Shown: positions 41,410 to 54,765 of the stretch, piece by piece
Numbering within the stretch: position 1 is the first letter of the stretch
How the letters are laid out: each line of letters starts with the position of its first letter
DNA from: Camelus ferus
Taxonomy: Eukaryota
Assembly: GCF_009834535.1 (NCBI RefSeq)
Contig: NC_045697.1
Span: forward strand, 65,536,001 to 65,600,000
Direction of reading: 5' to 3'
DNA: 64,000 bases
Notes under the pieces: model-generated
Seen by the model: only the letters and a program-made list of their open reading frames with translations
What the model was told of the DNA's origin: nothing
The model's database searches: none
Made by a program: the position numbers and the translations under genes

Positions 41410-42860
41410 CCTGGCCTCCTCTTCAATACTGGGTTTTTGGAACTGTACACTAGGTAAGTTCTGGGAACTGCGTAAGAGGCTACACATTCCCTCTCAGCAA
41501 TTGAGACTAGGTTTTCTGCCCTAAGGTCTAGAATTGTTTTGTCCATACCTATCAAGAAGCATCTTAGTAGGCTGCCTATCTATTTCACATTTGGGAGCCC
41601 TATGATAAGCTATTCCTATAGGTCTCTGAAGGTCAATACAATTCAATTACCATTTCCAAAAAGCATGTCATATTATGGTAGTCCCACTCTGTCTAAACAT
41701 CTACACTTGGCCTTTATCAACCTAGAATACTTCATTCATTTTAATATCAAGAAATCCAATTGTGTTGCAGTATTCCCAATTTCAGTTCAGGCCAACAAAG
41801 AACAAGCACATAGAACTCTTAGAAGATGCTTGTGCTCCACCGCCTCCTGTGCATTTCTTAATGTCTTTGCATAGGGAGTCTTCCTCTCACTAGTAGTTAG
41901 GGAGGTGAACAGGTTCAGAACAGATCCATTCCAACATTTGCACCTCCCTGAATCTCTACAGTATATCAAAGAGGTTGTGTATATGTTACCTCCAAAATCC
42001 ATTCAATTATTGGTCTATCCTTTAATTAGCCAATTCAACAAACTATCACCATGACTTCCCAGGTATCAAGTCAGCACATTAAATATCAAATCCCAGATCA
42101 TTGCCATCCATGACAATATATTTGCCTAGTCAATACTTACAGTATATCCTATTTGGCATAAAACTTTCATAAGTGGGCTGTATTATTCCTCTGACTTAGT
42201 TATGTTGGAATTTAACTTGTAGCCTGTATTGTGAGGGGCGTTGTGGGCGAGTCCAGGAGAGAACTGTGATTCCTCGGGCCCAGTCACTGAGAATCATTTA
42301 TGCTGAGGAAAGCTGATAACCCTCAGAAGGGGTGAGAGATTGCTTCCAATACTAAGGAGTTGCAGAGGGATTTGGAAGTCAGTTTCTCATCAGTGCCCTT
42401 TCTTTAGCATGAGAGACTGCATAGGGCAGAAGATTTAATTAGTGGTTGAATTATGCTACCCTTAGTCAAGCCTTAATCTTGTTCTCAGTCATATCTGCCC
42501 TGAAGCTATATGATTTAAGAGACTCCTTCAAAGCTGCCATCAAGCCTCTCAAAGTTTACCTTATTTATGAATTGGGTATTCATTGCCTCAGTTTCTCCTT
42601 TAACCATTGTATTATTCGAAGACTTCAGAGTAATTAGCTGGAATCACATTCTTTAAAATCATTATTATTGCCACAGCCACTTAGTGTCTCCCAAGGCATT
42701 GCATTCCACCTACACTCCATCCCGTGCCAACACTAGTAGTAACTGAATAATTATGGTGTAACCACAAGTTGTAGATTGACGGTGTTCTATTTCCCACCAA
42801 CATGCATTACATAGATATGTGAGCAACTCAGTCCCAGACTCTCATTTTTGTGCTTCTGTT
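41410..42860 (-). mobile_element. ERVL-class internal (gag) remnant
   Basis: Minus strand ~42540-42370 reads MAALKESLKSYSFRADMTENKIKA*LRVA*FNH*LNLLPYAVSHAKERALM, and ~41880 reads KTPYAKTLRNA; both resemble ERVL/MaLR gag motifs (ALKETLISC..RAE.AENQ...RVAEL...VS..KVRALI; DTPFTKA.RN). Confidence 0.72.
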
Positions 42861-42879
42861 TCACTGGGACCCTACATGC

Positions 42880-43140
42880 TACTAAATAGGACATAGATGG
42901 TGCATCCTGCCTGGAAAATGGAGGAGAGTTTACTAAAGGAACTCTTTACAATGATGCGGGTGGAGTTTTAAGAAAGTAACAAAGATTGGTATGACTACTC
43001 AGGAGTTACAGAAGGAGCTACTTATCACTCTTCGGCCTAAAGGGGCAAAGAAAGGGAATGGTTACTAGAACCTGAAGAGAAAGTTATATGAAAAAGCTGC
43101 CCCAAAGCACTGTGGCCTTCAATAAGAGGAAGCAGTCACT
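42880..43140 (-). mobile_element. LTR33-like ERVL LTR fragment abutting the gag remnant
   Basis: gaggagagtttactaaaggaactctttacaa...ggcctaaaggggcaaag...gttactagaacctgaagaga...ctgtggccttc. Confidence 0.65.
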
Positions 43141-45604
43141 GTATTTTAGAGTTGTTTGAAGTAACTCTTTTATTTATACAATTACATCATTAACTTGATA
43201 TAGTCTCAAGTTCATTTGTATCAGTTTGTTTTCAATTTGCTCTTTTTAAAATTTAATATTCTTTTTAATTATGTGAAATACTTAACTCTTTCAAATTTAA
43301 AGCTGAATAACAAAGTTAGTCGCAAAATTCTTAACTCAGTGCTTGTTCCTTTCACTGTTACCCTCCACTCTCCATATGTACTTACTTTCGGTTGATTTTC
43401 CTATTGTTTTAGTTTGAAAAGACAGACACATTTCCCCCTCCTTTTTTTGCCCTGAAGTGCACACTGTAAACTGTTTTGTACCTTGGTTTTCTCTGGCAGT
43501 TCCTTCAGATTGCTTTAATTTTCTAAATTAGATGGATTTCATGATCATCTTCTGAGAGTGAGGACGAGAGTATGGAATTGGGGTATTAAAAGACAAAACA
43601 CTGAAATATCTGTCTAAGAGAGTAGAGGAGAGAATTCCTAGGTAGATGTAATATGACTGTGAGGTTGCATTAAATCTCATTTGAAGTTTGTGGACACGAA
43701 TTTAAAATGACTCACACAGGTAAATTATTCCCTAGTTAGAGCTTTGGATTTGACTTGCTGTTAGGGCTGAGCTGAGGATAAATACAGTGTTGATTTTAAC
43801 AAATCACTGGTTTTAAACTGGGTAAGAGGGAATTGCATCTAAGAGGGTGGGGAGGGATAGTGAAAAGATGGTAGGATCAGTAGATCTTAGATCTTGGCCA
43901 GACTGTGGACTTGATAGAGGGAGGAGGCTCAAAAGATAGATGGCATAGGAGAGAGGAATGTATGAAATTGAGATTACAGAGGGGTCACAATTATTGTTAA
44001 TAAAGGTGTGTTCACTAATATAAATATAAAAGCAATGCTATTTACATTAAATGGAAAATAACCGTAAGTATAATATGAGTGAAATATCATTAAATTCTAA
44101 TTAGTTTCTGTACCCTGCCAAAGGGAGTTTGAGATCTGCTTTCCCTTTATAAAAATAGATTTAAAATTTTAAAGAGACTTATTATCACCAAAGTGAGACT
44201 TTGTTCTTGCCTTAATAAGAAACTACTAGAAGATGATTGTAAATGGAGCAACTTTCTCACCATAATACATATGATTTTGTGCTATCTCTCCCTACCACTT
44301 AAACCTATCTGTTGTGCCAATGATAGATGTGCCACATTGAAAACCTGCCCTACCTTCAGATAAGGGACATACTAACTTGTGGCCAACTGCAAACTTCCTG
44401 CATATCTCACACACCCCTCCTTATTACCCTCAGACCCTCCACCAAAAGAAAATATTAAAGCATTTGCAAATCTAGTCACAACCAGGCTCTCAATCTGATG
44501 GTTTATGAACGAGCTTCAAGGAATAGATTAATACATAAAAATGACCAACATACCTCATGCATTTAGAAGATACATCATTATTGCCTATCCTTACATATAG
44601 AACACTGTCCTGGCAGTGGCTAATTGCCAACAATATCCTTCTTCATATTTTCTAAATTGAAATCTTGTAAGTGTGAAATGTTCTAATATTCACCAACACT
44701 CCAATTGACTGGCTTACTTGAACATGTTCAGTCAGCCCTAATATTGGAAATTTTCTACTTGCCCTAAGTGTTTTTGGCCATTTTGCTAGTAACCTGTTTC
44801 AATAAGGATTGAAAAAAGAATGTTTTTTGAAAACATTGAAAAAAGAATGTTTATAAGGAAAGGTAATGATGAATTTCCTCCTAGTTTTTTCCTTATTTGT
44901 ATTTCATAAAAGAGTTCCACAGCCCAAGATTATGTAATAAACACTTTGTGAGTTTTTAAACCTATGAGAAGCTAATTTACCAAACAATCAAATTGGAAAA
45001 TCTTAAACAATTGCTTTTCTATATTTTCATGTAAATACAAAAATGCATATATAGTCACACAGAATAAGACTTAGAGCTTCAATTTTTTGCCTGACTTCAG
45101 TGAAATTATAAAGTTCCGTATATGCCTGAGGGGAAAACATTATGTTACTTCTTTAACGACCTTTATAAGCTAGATAATATATACAGTAGGAAGGTTGATA
45201 TATTTTTTTGAAGTGGCAAACCAGTCTCATCAAAATGCAAATCTGTGTCAAAAATATTTCTCTTACAGCAGAAGGGTCACTTTGGAAAATACAAATTGCA
45301 TATGCTTCTGCAGAGTGATGCTGGGAGACTTCAAACTCACCAGGGGTTGTAGAAATCAAAATACCAAACTTTAGAGTCAGACCTTTGCATACCTTGAAGT
45401 GGTAAGAATGGCCAGCCAAATTTCTGCCATGCTAAAGCAACGTGGGATTGTATTTTTAATTTAGCAAATAATTTTTTTGTCTTTAACCTATCTTCTAGCA
45501 TCCAGAGTCTATGAAAAAAATTTTCTTTTCAAATTGCGGACACAGAAAAAAAGGGAGAAATAGTCTTTATTAACTCACCCTTCTCTCTCCTTGCTTCTTT
45601 TATT

Positions 45605-46565
45605 TATTTTTTTAATTGTGAAATATTTTTTTAAGTATAGAAAAGTACACAGAACTTAAAAGCACAGCTCAGTGAATTGCCTTTCAGTGGAGCACCAGTG
45701 TAATTGCTACCTAGGAAAAGATAGACTGTTACCAGTAACACAGCCCCCGTTTCCCCCATCTGAGCCATATTCTCTATCCCCCAAACCCTCACTGAGATTT
45801 TCAGCTCTTTCATCCATGTTGCCTGCTTTTGAACAATTATCATACAGTGTGAATTTTTTCACTCAATATTTAGTTTGTGAAATCCATGCATGGTGTTATA
45901 ATGAAATCTGTTCATATTCATGTCCGTATAATGTTCCACTGCATGAGTATTCCATACTTTATCCATTCAACTCTCAAAAACTGGTTAGGCTCTTTCCAGT
46001 TTGAGGCTATTATGGATAATGTTGCTATGTACATTCCTGTTCATGTCTCTGGTTACGTATATTTCTCTTTGGGTTGTGTACCTAAGGAGTGGAATTGCTG
46101 AGTCTTAAGATATGTGTACAGTAGTTTTTAGAGATGCTGCCAAATTGTTCGTCAAAGTGATTGAACCAATTTGGAATCCCATCAGCAGGGTACTAGGATT
46201 CTGGTAGCTCCATATTCTTGTGAACACTTGATAATTATATATTTGTTTATTTTAATCATTCTATTGGCTATGTAGTGGTATTTCATTTTTCTTTTAGTTT
46301 GGATATCCCTCATAACTAATGAGGTTGCCACCTTTTCACATATTTATTGGCTATTTGGTTATCTTTTATGAAAACTCTTGCCCGTTTTTCTAGTTATTGT
46401 CTGTTTTGTTATTATTGATATATAGAAATTAATATATATTGGTAAATTTTTTGTTAGATGTGACTATTGCAAATGTGTTCTATTATGGCTTGTCTTTCTA
46501 CTCTCTTAATGGTGTCTTTTGAACTTCAAAGTATTACTGTAGTCAAATTTATTGATCTTTTCTCT
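45605..46565 (-). mobile_element. Old L1 3' part (host of the nested cluster)
   Basis: Reverse L1 3' UTR and ORF2 end (tttccagtttgaggctattatggataatgttgctatg...cctaaggagtggaattgctg). Confidence 0.8.
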
Positions 46566-46577
46566 TTTTTCTTCTCA

Positions 46578-47590
46578 TTTTAAGTAACTTTATTGAGATA
46601 TCATTTACATATAAAAATTGTATTAAGGTATACAACTTGATGTTTTAATATTTGTATGTTATTAAAAGATCACCAAAATCAAGCTAAATATATATCCATC
46701 ACCTCTTCATAGTTACCATTGTGTATGCATGTGTTGAGAAGATTTAATTCGATCTATTATCCTAGCAAATATTAAGTATACAATACAGTATTGCTAACTG
46801 TCATCACCATGCTGTGCATTAGGTCTCTAGAAATTATCCATAGTCTGTAAAAGAAACTTTGTACCCTTCGACCAAGATTTCCTCATTCCCTGTGCCTCCC
46901 ACCCCAGGCCCTGCCACCACCATTCTACTCTCTGCTTCAGTAAGTTTGACTATTTTAGATTCCACATATAAGTGAGATTGTGCAGGATTTCTCTTCCTGT
47001 GTCTGGCTTGTTTCACTCAGCACAATGTTCTCACAGTGCATCCATGCCACAAATGGCATGATTTTCTTCTTTTTTATGGCTGAATAATATTCATATATAT
47101 ACATATGTATATATATTTATTCTACTGTGGCTTGTCTTTGAATATAAATCACATTTTCTTTATCCTTTCATCTACTGGTGGACATTTAGGCTGTTTCCCT
47201 ATCTTGGTAGTCGTGAGTAATGCTGCAGTGAACATGGGGCTACAGATATTTCTTTGAGATGCGGATTTCATTTCCTTCAAATATGTACTCGGAAGTGGAA
47301 TTGCTAGATCATATGGTAGTTCTATTTTAATTTTTTTGAGGAAACTCCATACTGTTTTGCATAATGATTGTACAAATTTACATTCCCACCAATAGCATAC
47401 AAGAGTTTTCTTTTCTCCATATCCTTGCCAAAGCATATTCTCTCTCTCTCTCTTTTTTTTTATAATAGCCATCCTATTATCAGGTGTGAGGCAACATATC
47501 ATTGTAGTTTTGATTTGCATTTCTTTGTTGATTAGTGATGTCCAGCACATTTTCACATACCTGATGACTGTTTGTATGTCTTCTTTTCAA
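46578..47590 (-). mobile_element. 5'-truncated L1 (L1MA/MB-like) nested in older L1
   Basis: ORF 47149-47556 has KEMQIKTTM...ELPYDLAIPL...PMFTAALLT...KQPKCP; the 3' UTR runs to ~46578. Confidence 0.88.
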
Positions 47591-47599
47591 AGTGCCAGC

Positions 47600-48515
47600 T
47601 TTTGATTCTGATGATTTTTCTCTATTGTTCTTCATTTTCCTTTTCACTGAATTTGCTCTACTCTTTATTACTTCCCTTATTCTGTTTATGATGGGTTCAA
47701 TTTGCTCTTCTTTCTAGTTTTTAAAAGTTGAAGCCAAAATAATATATTTCCAACATTCTTTTGTTCAAATATAAGCATTGACAGTATTTTTTTTTCTTTA
47801 GTATTTTTAAAAAGTTGTTTTGCTATCTCTTGGCTTGCATCATTTCTCAGGAAAAATCTGCAGTAATTTTTATATTTGTTTCTCTGTACTTAAAAATGTG
47901 TTTTTCCCCTCTGGGCACTTTTAATATCATTTTTAACACAAATTGTTTTAAACAGTTTGATCATGAAGTTCCCTCTTGTAGTTTTCTTCATGTATGTTGT
48001 GTTTAGGATTTCTGTAAGTTTGTGATTTGCAACAAATTTGGAGAAATTTAGGCCATTATTTTCAAAGTTTTGTTCTGTTCTTCTCACTCTAATCACCTTA
48101 AGAGAGTCTAATTATGCATCAATTCTGTCTCCTACATGTGTCTACCAACTCACTGATTCTCTGTTTATATTTATTTTTCAGTTCTTTTTTCTCTCAGGGC
48201 CTCACCTGAGATAGTTTTTATTATTATATTTTCATATTCACTAATCTTCCCTTCTGCTGTGTCTAAAAGCCATTGGACTTACCCAGTATATATTTCAGGC
48301 AGTTCTAGTTTTCAGCCATAGAAATTCAATCAGGTATATTTTATGCATTATGTATTTCTACTTAATATGCTCCATACTTGTCTTTTTATACTTATGTAAT
48401 GCATAAGTTTTTTGATGTTCTTATCTACCAATTCTATAATCTGTTATTTCCGAGTCTTTTTCTATTGATTATCATTTTCTGCTCATTATGTTTTATTTTC
48501 CAATTATTTGCATGC
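47600..48515 (-). mobile_element. Old L1 ORF2/ORF1 fragments
   Basis: ORF1-like ttggcttgcatcatttctcaggaaaaatctgcag and aaatttggagaaatttaggccattattttcaaa. Confidence 0.6.
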
Positions 48516-48518
48516 CTG

Positions 48519-51500
48519 TTTATTATTATTATCATTACTATTATTATTATATAAATTTTGGGTGTACAGCATTATAATTTGACATCTCAATACACTACAA
48601 AGTGATCCCCTCTACAAATCAAGTTAACATACATTACTATACAGTTGACTCCTTTAACCCATTTTGGTCACTCCCCAACCGAACCACTGGTAACACTAAT
48701 GTGTTCTGTATCTCTGACTCTGGGTTTTTTTTTCTTTGCTGTTGTTTATATTGTTTGTATTCATTTTCATTGCTTTTTTAGATTCCATATGTGAGTGAAA
48801 TCATATGGTATTTGTCTTTTCTTGTCTGACTTATTTCACTTAAAATAATACCCTAAAGGTCTATTCATGTTGTTGAAAATGGCAGGCTCTTGTTCTTTTT
48901 ATTATGGCTGAGTAGTATGCCATTGTATATGTATGCCACATCTTCTTTATCCATTCGTCTATCAGCGCACAGTTAGGGTGCTTCCATATCTTGGCTATTG
49001 TAAATAATGCTGTAATGAACATAGGGTGCATATTTTTTTCAAATTATTATTTTCATGTTCTTTAGATAAATGGTCAGACATGGAAAGATTGGGTCGTCTG
49101 ATAGTTCTGTTCTTAATTTTTTGAGGAATCTCCAGACCATTTTCCATAGTGGCTGCATCAATCTACAGTCCCACCAGCAGTGTATGAGGGTGTCCTTTTC
49201 ACCACACCCTCTCCAACACCTGCTATTTCTTCTCATTTTGGTAATAGCCATTCTAACTGGTGTGAGGTAATACCTCATTGTGGTTTTGAATGCTATTTTG
49301 CTAATAATTAGTGATGCTGAACATATTTTCATGTGCCTGTTGGCTATCTGTATGTTTTCTTTGGAAAAATATCTGTTCAGATCCTCTACCCATTTTGTAA
49401 ACATGTTGTTTGGTTTTTTGTTGTTAAGTTGTGCATACTTTATATATTTTGGATACTAATCCCTTATCAGATACATGATGTATAAATATCTTCTTGCATT
49501 CAGTAGGTTGCCTCTTCATTTCGATAATGGTTTCCTTCACTGTGAAGAAGCTTTTTAGTTTGATGTGGGCCCATTTTTTAATTTGTGCTTTTGTCTCCCT
49601 TGGCTTTGGAGTCAGAGCCACAAAAACATCACTAAACTAATGTCAGTGGCTATCACTTATGTTTTCTTCTAGGAATTTTATGGCTTCAGGTCTTACATTT
49701 AAGTATTTAGTCCATTTTGAGTTAATTTTTGTGTATGCTGTAACATGGTGCTCTAGTTTCATTCTCTTTTGCATGTGGGTGTCCAGTTTTCCCAACATCG
49801 TTATTGAAGAGACTGTCCTTTCTCCGTTGTGTATTCTTTGCTCCTTTGTTGTAAATTGTGGGTATATGTTAGGGTTTATTTTTGGGCTCTCAATTTCATT
49901 CCACTGTTCTGTGTGCCTGCTTTTGTGCTAGCTACATTCTGTATTGATCACTATAGCTTTGTAGTGTGCTTTGAAATCAGGGAGCATGATACCTCCAGCT
50001 TTATTCTTTTTTGTCAAGATTGTTATGGCTGTTTTGAGATCTTCAGTGGTTTAATACGAATTTTCAAATTGTTTGCTCTAGTTCTGTGAAAAATGCTAAT
50101 GGAATTTTGATAAGAATTACATTGAATCTGTAGATTGCTTTGGGTAATATGGACATTTTTACAATATTAATTCTTCCAATCCATAAGCATGGAATATTTT
50201 TCCATTTATTTGTGTTTTCTTCAGTTTATTTCATCAGTGTCTTACACTTTTCAGTGTATACGACTTTTACCTCATTGGTTAAATTTATTCCTAAGTTTTT
50301 ATTCTTTTTGATGCAATTGTAAATAATATTGCTTACTTAATTTCTCTTTCTGATAGTTTGTTATTAGTGTATAGAAATGCCACAGATTTTTTTCTTTGTT
50401 TTTTTCTCCTTTTTTTTTCCCCATTCTTTCAAAGAAATGTGACAGATTTCTTTATACTGATTTTGTATCCTGTGACTTTACAGAATTCATTTATTAGTTC
50501 TAAACAGTTTTACATTGCAGTCTTTAGGTTTTCTATATAAGTCATATCATCTGCAGATAATGACACTTTTACTTGCTCTTTTCCAATTTGGATGCCTTTT
50601 ATTTCTTTTCCTTGCCTAATTTCTCTGGCTAGGACTTCTACTACTACATTGAATAAGTGTCGTGAGAGTGGGCATCCTTGTCTCGTTCCTGATCTTGGAA
50701 GGATAGATTTCAGTTTTTCATCTTTGAATAGAATGTTAGCTGTGTTATTCTCACATAATGGCTTTTTATTATATTAAGGAACATCCTTTCTATACCCCCT
50801 TAATTGAGAGTTTTTATCAAAAGTGAGTGTTGAATCTTGTCAAATGCTTTTTCTGCATCTGTTGAGATGGTCACATGGTTTTTATTTTTATTTTTATTTT
50901 TGTTAACATGATGTATCACATTTACTGATTTTGGGTGTTAAGCCATCCTGTGTCCCTGGAATAAATCCCACTTGATCATGATATATGATCCTTTTGATAT
51001 GCTGTTGAATCAGTTTGCTAATATTTTGATGAGGATTTTGTGTCTTGTGTTCATCAGAGATATTGGCCTGTGATTTTGTGTTTTTTGTTTTGTCTTTTTC
51101 TGGTTTGGTATCAGGGTGATGTTGGCCTTGTAAAATTAGTAAGGAAGTGTTCCCTTCTCTTCACAGTTTTGGAAGAGTTTGAAAAGGATAGGTATTAAGT
51201 CTTTAACCATTTTGTGGAATTTGCCAGTGAGAACCTATGGTCCTGAGCTTTTGTTTGTTAGAAGATTTTTTAGTACTGTTTTAACCCCTTTATTAGTAAT
51301 CTGTCTATTCAGATTATCTATTTCTTCATGATTAAGTCTTTGAAGATTGAATTTTTCTCAGAAATTATCTATTTCTTTTACATTGTCGAATTTGTTTGGC
51401 ATGTCTCTTATGATCCTCTTTATTTCTATGAAATCAGTTGTAAGTTTCCTTTCATTTTTTATTTTATTTATTTGAGCCCTCTCTCTTTTTTTCTTTGTTA

Positions 51501-54230
51501 GTATAACTAAAGGTTTGTCAATTTTGTGTATCTTTTCAAAGAAGCAGCTCTTAGTTTCATTGATCTTTTCTATACTTTTCAGTATCTTACTTATTTCTAC
51601 TTTAAGCATTTTTATTTCCTTCCTTCTACTAGTTTTGGGCTTCATTTGTTCTTCTTACAGTTCTTTTAAGTATAAAGTTAGATTCTTTATTTGGGATTTT
51701 TCTTGTTTCTTGAGGTAAGCCTGTATTTCTATGAATTTCCCTCTTTAGAATTGCTTTTGCTGCATCCTGCAGATTTTGGTATGTCATATTTGTTTCTATT
51801 TCTCTCTAGGTATGTTTTGATGTCTCCTTTGATATCTTCAATGACCAGTAGTTGTTCACTAGCAGGTTATTTACTCTCCATGTTTTTTTGGCTTTTCCCT
51901 CTTTTTTCTTGTGATTGATTTCTAGTTTCATACCACTGTGATTGGAGATGCCTGATATGATTTCAGTCTTCTTGAATTTATTGAGACTTGTTTTGTAACC
52001 CAACATGTGATCTATACTGGAGAATGTTTTATGTGAACTTGAAAAGAGTGTGTATTCTGATACTCTTGGATCGAATGTTCTATATGTGTCTGTTAAGTTC
52101 ATCTGATCCAATTCGTCATTTAAGTCTGATATTTTCTTATTGATTGTATTATCTATCCATTGATGTAAGTAAGATGTTAAAAGTCCTCCTTCTACTACTG
52201 TACTGCTTTCATTTTCTCCCTTTAAATCCATTAATATTTGCTTTATATATCTTGGTGCTTCTAAATTGAGTGCATTTATAAATGTTTTATCTTCTTGTTG
52301 GATTGACCCCTTTATCATTATGAAATGCCCTTGTCTTTTATCACAGTCTTTGTTTTAACTCTGTTTTGTCTGATATGAGTATAACTACTCCAGCTTTCTT
52401 TTCATTTGCTTTTACAGTGGAATATATTTTCTGTCCCCTTACTTTCAGTCTGTGCATGTCCTTACTTCTAAAGTGAGTCTCTTGTATGCAGCAAATAGAT
52501 GGGTCCTGTTTTTTATCCATTGAGCAACTCGTAAGTCTTTTCTTTGGTGAATTTAGTCCCTTTGCATTTAAAGTAATTATTGATAGGTATGTACTTATTG
52601 CCAATTAATTAATTGTTTTCTGGCTGTTTTAGTAGTTTCTTTATCTTCTTTTTCTCTCTTCTCGAGTTTTCATGGGGTTGTTTGTTTGTTTGTTTGTTTG
52701 TTTTAGTGTTGTATTAGATTCCTTTCTCATTTTCTTTTGTGTATTTACTATAAGTTTTCTTCTTGTGGTTACTGTGAGGTTCAGACATAACATCCTATGT
52801 AAACAACAGTCTTTTTTTAAGTTGGTCACAACATAAATTTGAATACATTCCAAAGCATTGTCATTTTACTCCCCTTCCACCAGTTTTATACTTTTGATGA
52901 TATTTTACATCTTTTTATTTTATGTACCTTTAATTATTGTAATTTTAGTTAATTTTACTACTTTTATTTTTCAATCTTCATTCTTGCTTTACAAATGGTT
53001 GATCCACTACCTTTATTATATATTTATCCTTTCCAGTGAAATTTTTACTTTTGTATTTTTTTTTATTATTAATTAATGCCATTTCTTTTCAACTTAAAGC
53101 CCCTTTAACATTTCTTGTAGGGTTAGTTTAGTGGAAATTAACTCCTTTAGCTTTTGCATATCTGGGAAACTCTTAATCTCTCCTTCAATTCTGAATGATA
53201 ACTTGCTGGGTAGAGAAAGCTTGGGTGTAAATTTATTCCTTTCAGCAATTTGAATATGTCATGCCACACCCTTCTGGCCTGAAGTTTTTGTTGAAAAAAA
53301 TCTGCTGATAGCCTTATGGAGTTTCCCTTATATGTAATATTGTTTGTTTGGTTCTGTTTCCCCCCCCCCCTCTTCTTGCTGCTTTTAGAATTCTCTCTTT
53401 ATCCTTAACTTTCAGCATTTTAATATATGACTTGGTGTGTGTGTCTTTGGGTTCATCTCTGGGCTTCCTGAACCTAGATGTCTGTTTCCTTCCCCAGATC
53501 AAGGAAGTTCAGCCACTATTTCTTGAAATAATTTTCCTGGGCTTTTCTCTCTCTCTTCTCTCTTCTCCTCTGGGACCTCTGTAATACAGATGTCATTCTG
53601 CTTGATGTTGCCCCAAAAGTCACACTTCACCTTTTTTAAAAAAAAAAATGTGTGTGTGTGTGTGTGTTTTTAATTTCCTGCTCTGTCTGAGTGATTTCCA
53701 TTACTTTTTCTTCCAGGTCTTGATTCATTTTTATATCTCGTCCAGTCTGCTATTGAACCCTTCAAGTGTAGTTTTTATTTCAGTTACAACTTCTGTTTGG
53801 TAGTTTCTTACATTTTCCATCTTTTTGCTGAAGTTCTCACTGTGTTCATCAGTTCACTCAAATTCAAGGAGGATCTTTATTACCATTGCTTTGAACTCTT
53901 TATCAGGTAGATTGTTTATCTCCATTTTATTTATTTCATTTTTCTATCTCCTCATTTTTACTAATTCTCTGTTTCTGTACATCAGATAAATCAGCTACCT
54001 CTTCCAGTCTTGAAGGAGTGGCCTTATGTAGGAGATGTCCTATGTGGCTCAGAGGCACAATCCTGCCTGGCTACTGGATCTAGATGCTCAAGGAGGGTCC
54101 CCTGTTTGGGCTCTGTGCATCCTCATGTTGTTGTGGGGCCACAGCTGTTGCTGTGGTGCACTAGTGGGTATGCGGCTCGTCCATGGCCTGGCTGCCAAGC
54201 GCTGGTGGGAGGGGCCGGCCCTGGCCTAGC
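48519..54230 (-). mobile_element. Near-full-length (~5.7 kb) inactive L1
   Basis: On the minus strand, in order: GC-rich 5' UTR (~54230-54000); ORF1 remnant (KMLKVKDKERILKAAR); ORF2 start (AISTYLSIITLNAKGLNSP...CCIQETH); endonuclease (YTLFSSSHKTFSSIDHMLG); linker; RT region; C-terminus (RCWRGCGEK...HCWWDC); 3' UTR; (TAA)n tail. Many stops and frameshifts. Confidence 0.95.
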
Positions 54231-54234
54231 TCAA

Positions 54235-54734
54235 TTTTTTTGTTTTGTGCTAATGCATTTTGTGCTCTGTTCAAAAAATCTTTTGCTACCGAGTCTCATG
54301 GATATGTTGGATATATTCTCTTATATTATTTTCTAGAAGTTTTATTGTTTATATTTTACATTTACATCTATAAGCCACTTGATATTATTTGTGTACATTG
54401 TAGTTAGGAGACAAGTTTCATTATTTTTCACATATATATCCAAATTCACCTAGTAGTACTTGCTGAAAAGACCTCAATGTCTGAACAGTACTAGAGTACC
54501 AACTGGGCATAAATCAAGTGTCTATGTACATGTGGATAATTTTCATTGATTTGGTCTATACTTGTACAAATACAACACTGTCTTAATTACTATATGAAGC
54601 TGCAGTCAGCTAGAAACAGTCTTCTTCTTGAACATTGTCTTGACTACTTTTGTTCTTTTGCAATTTTATATAAATTTTACATTTAGTTTTTCACACACAC
54701 ATACTGTCTTTCTGTTTCTCTCTTTCTCTGACAT

Positions 54735-54765
<31 letters not shown>

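Noticed and set aside
49039..53584. Cluster of longer ORFs (up to 170 aa) as a novel operon-like system
   Set aside because: All are broken L1 ORF1/ORF2 pieces or their antisense frames.
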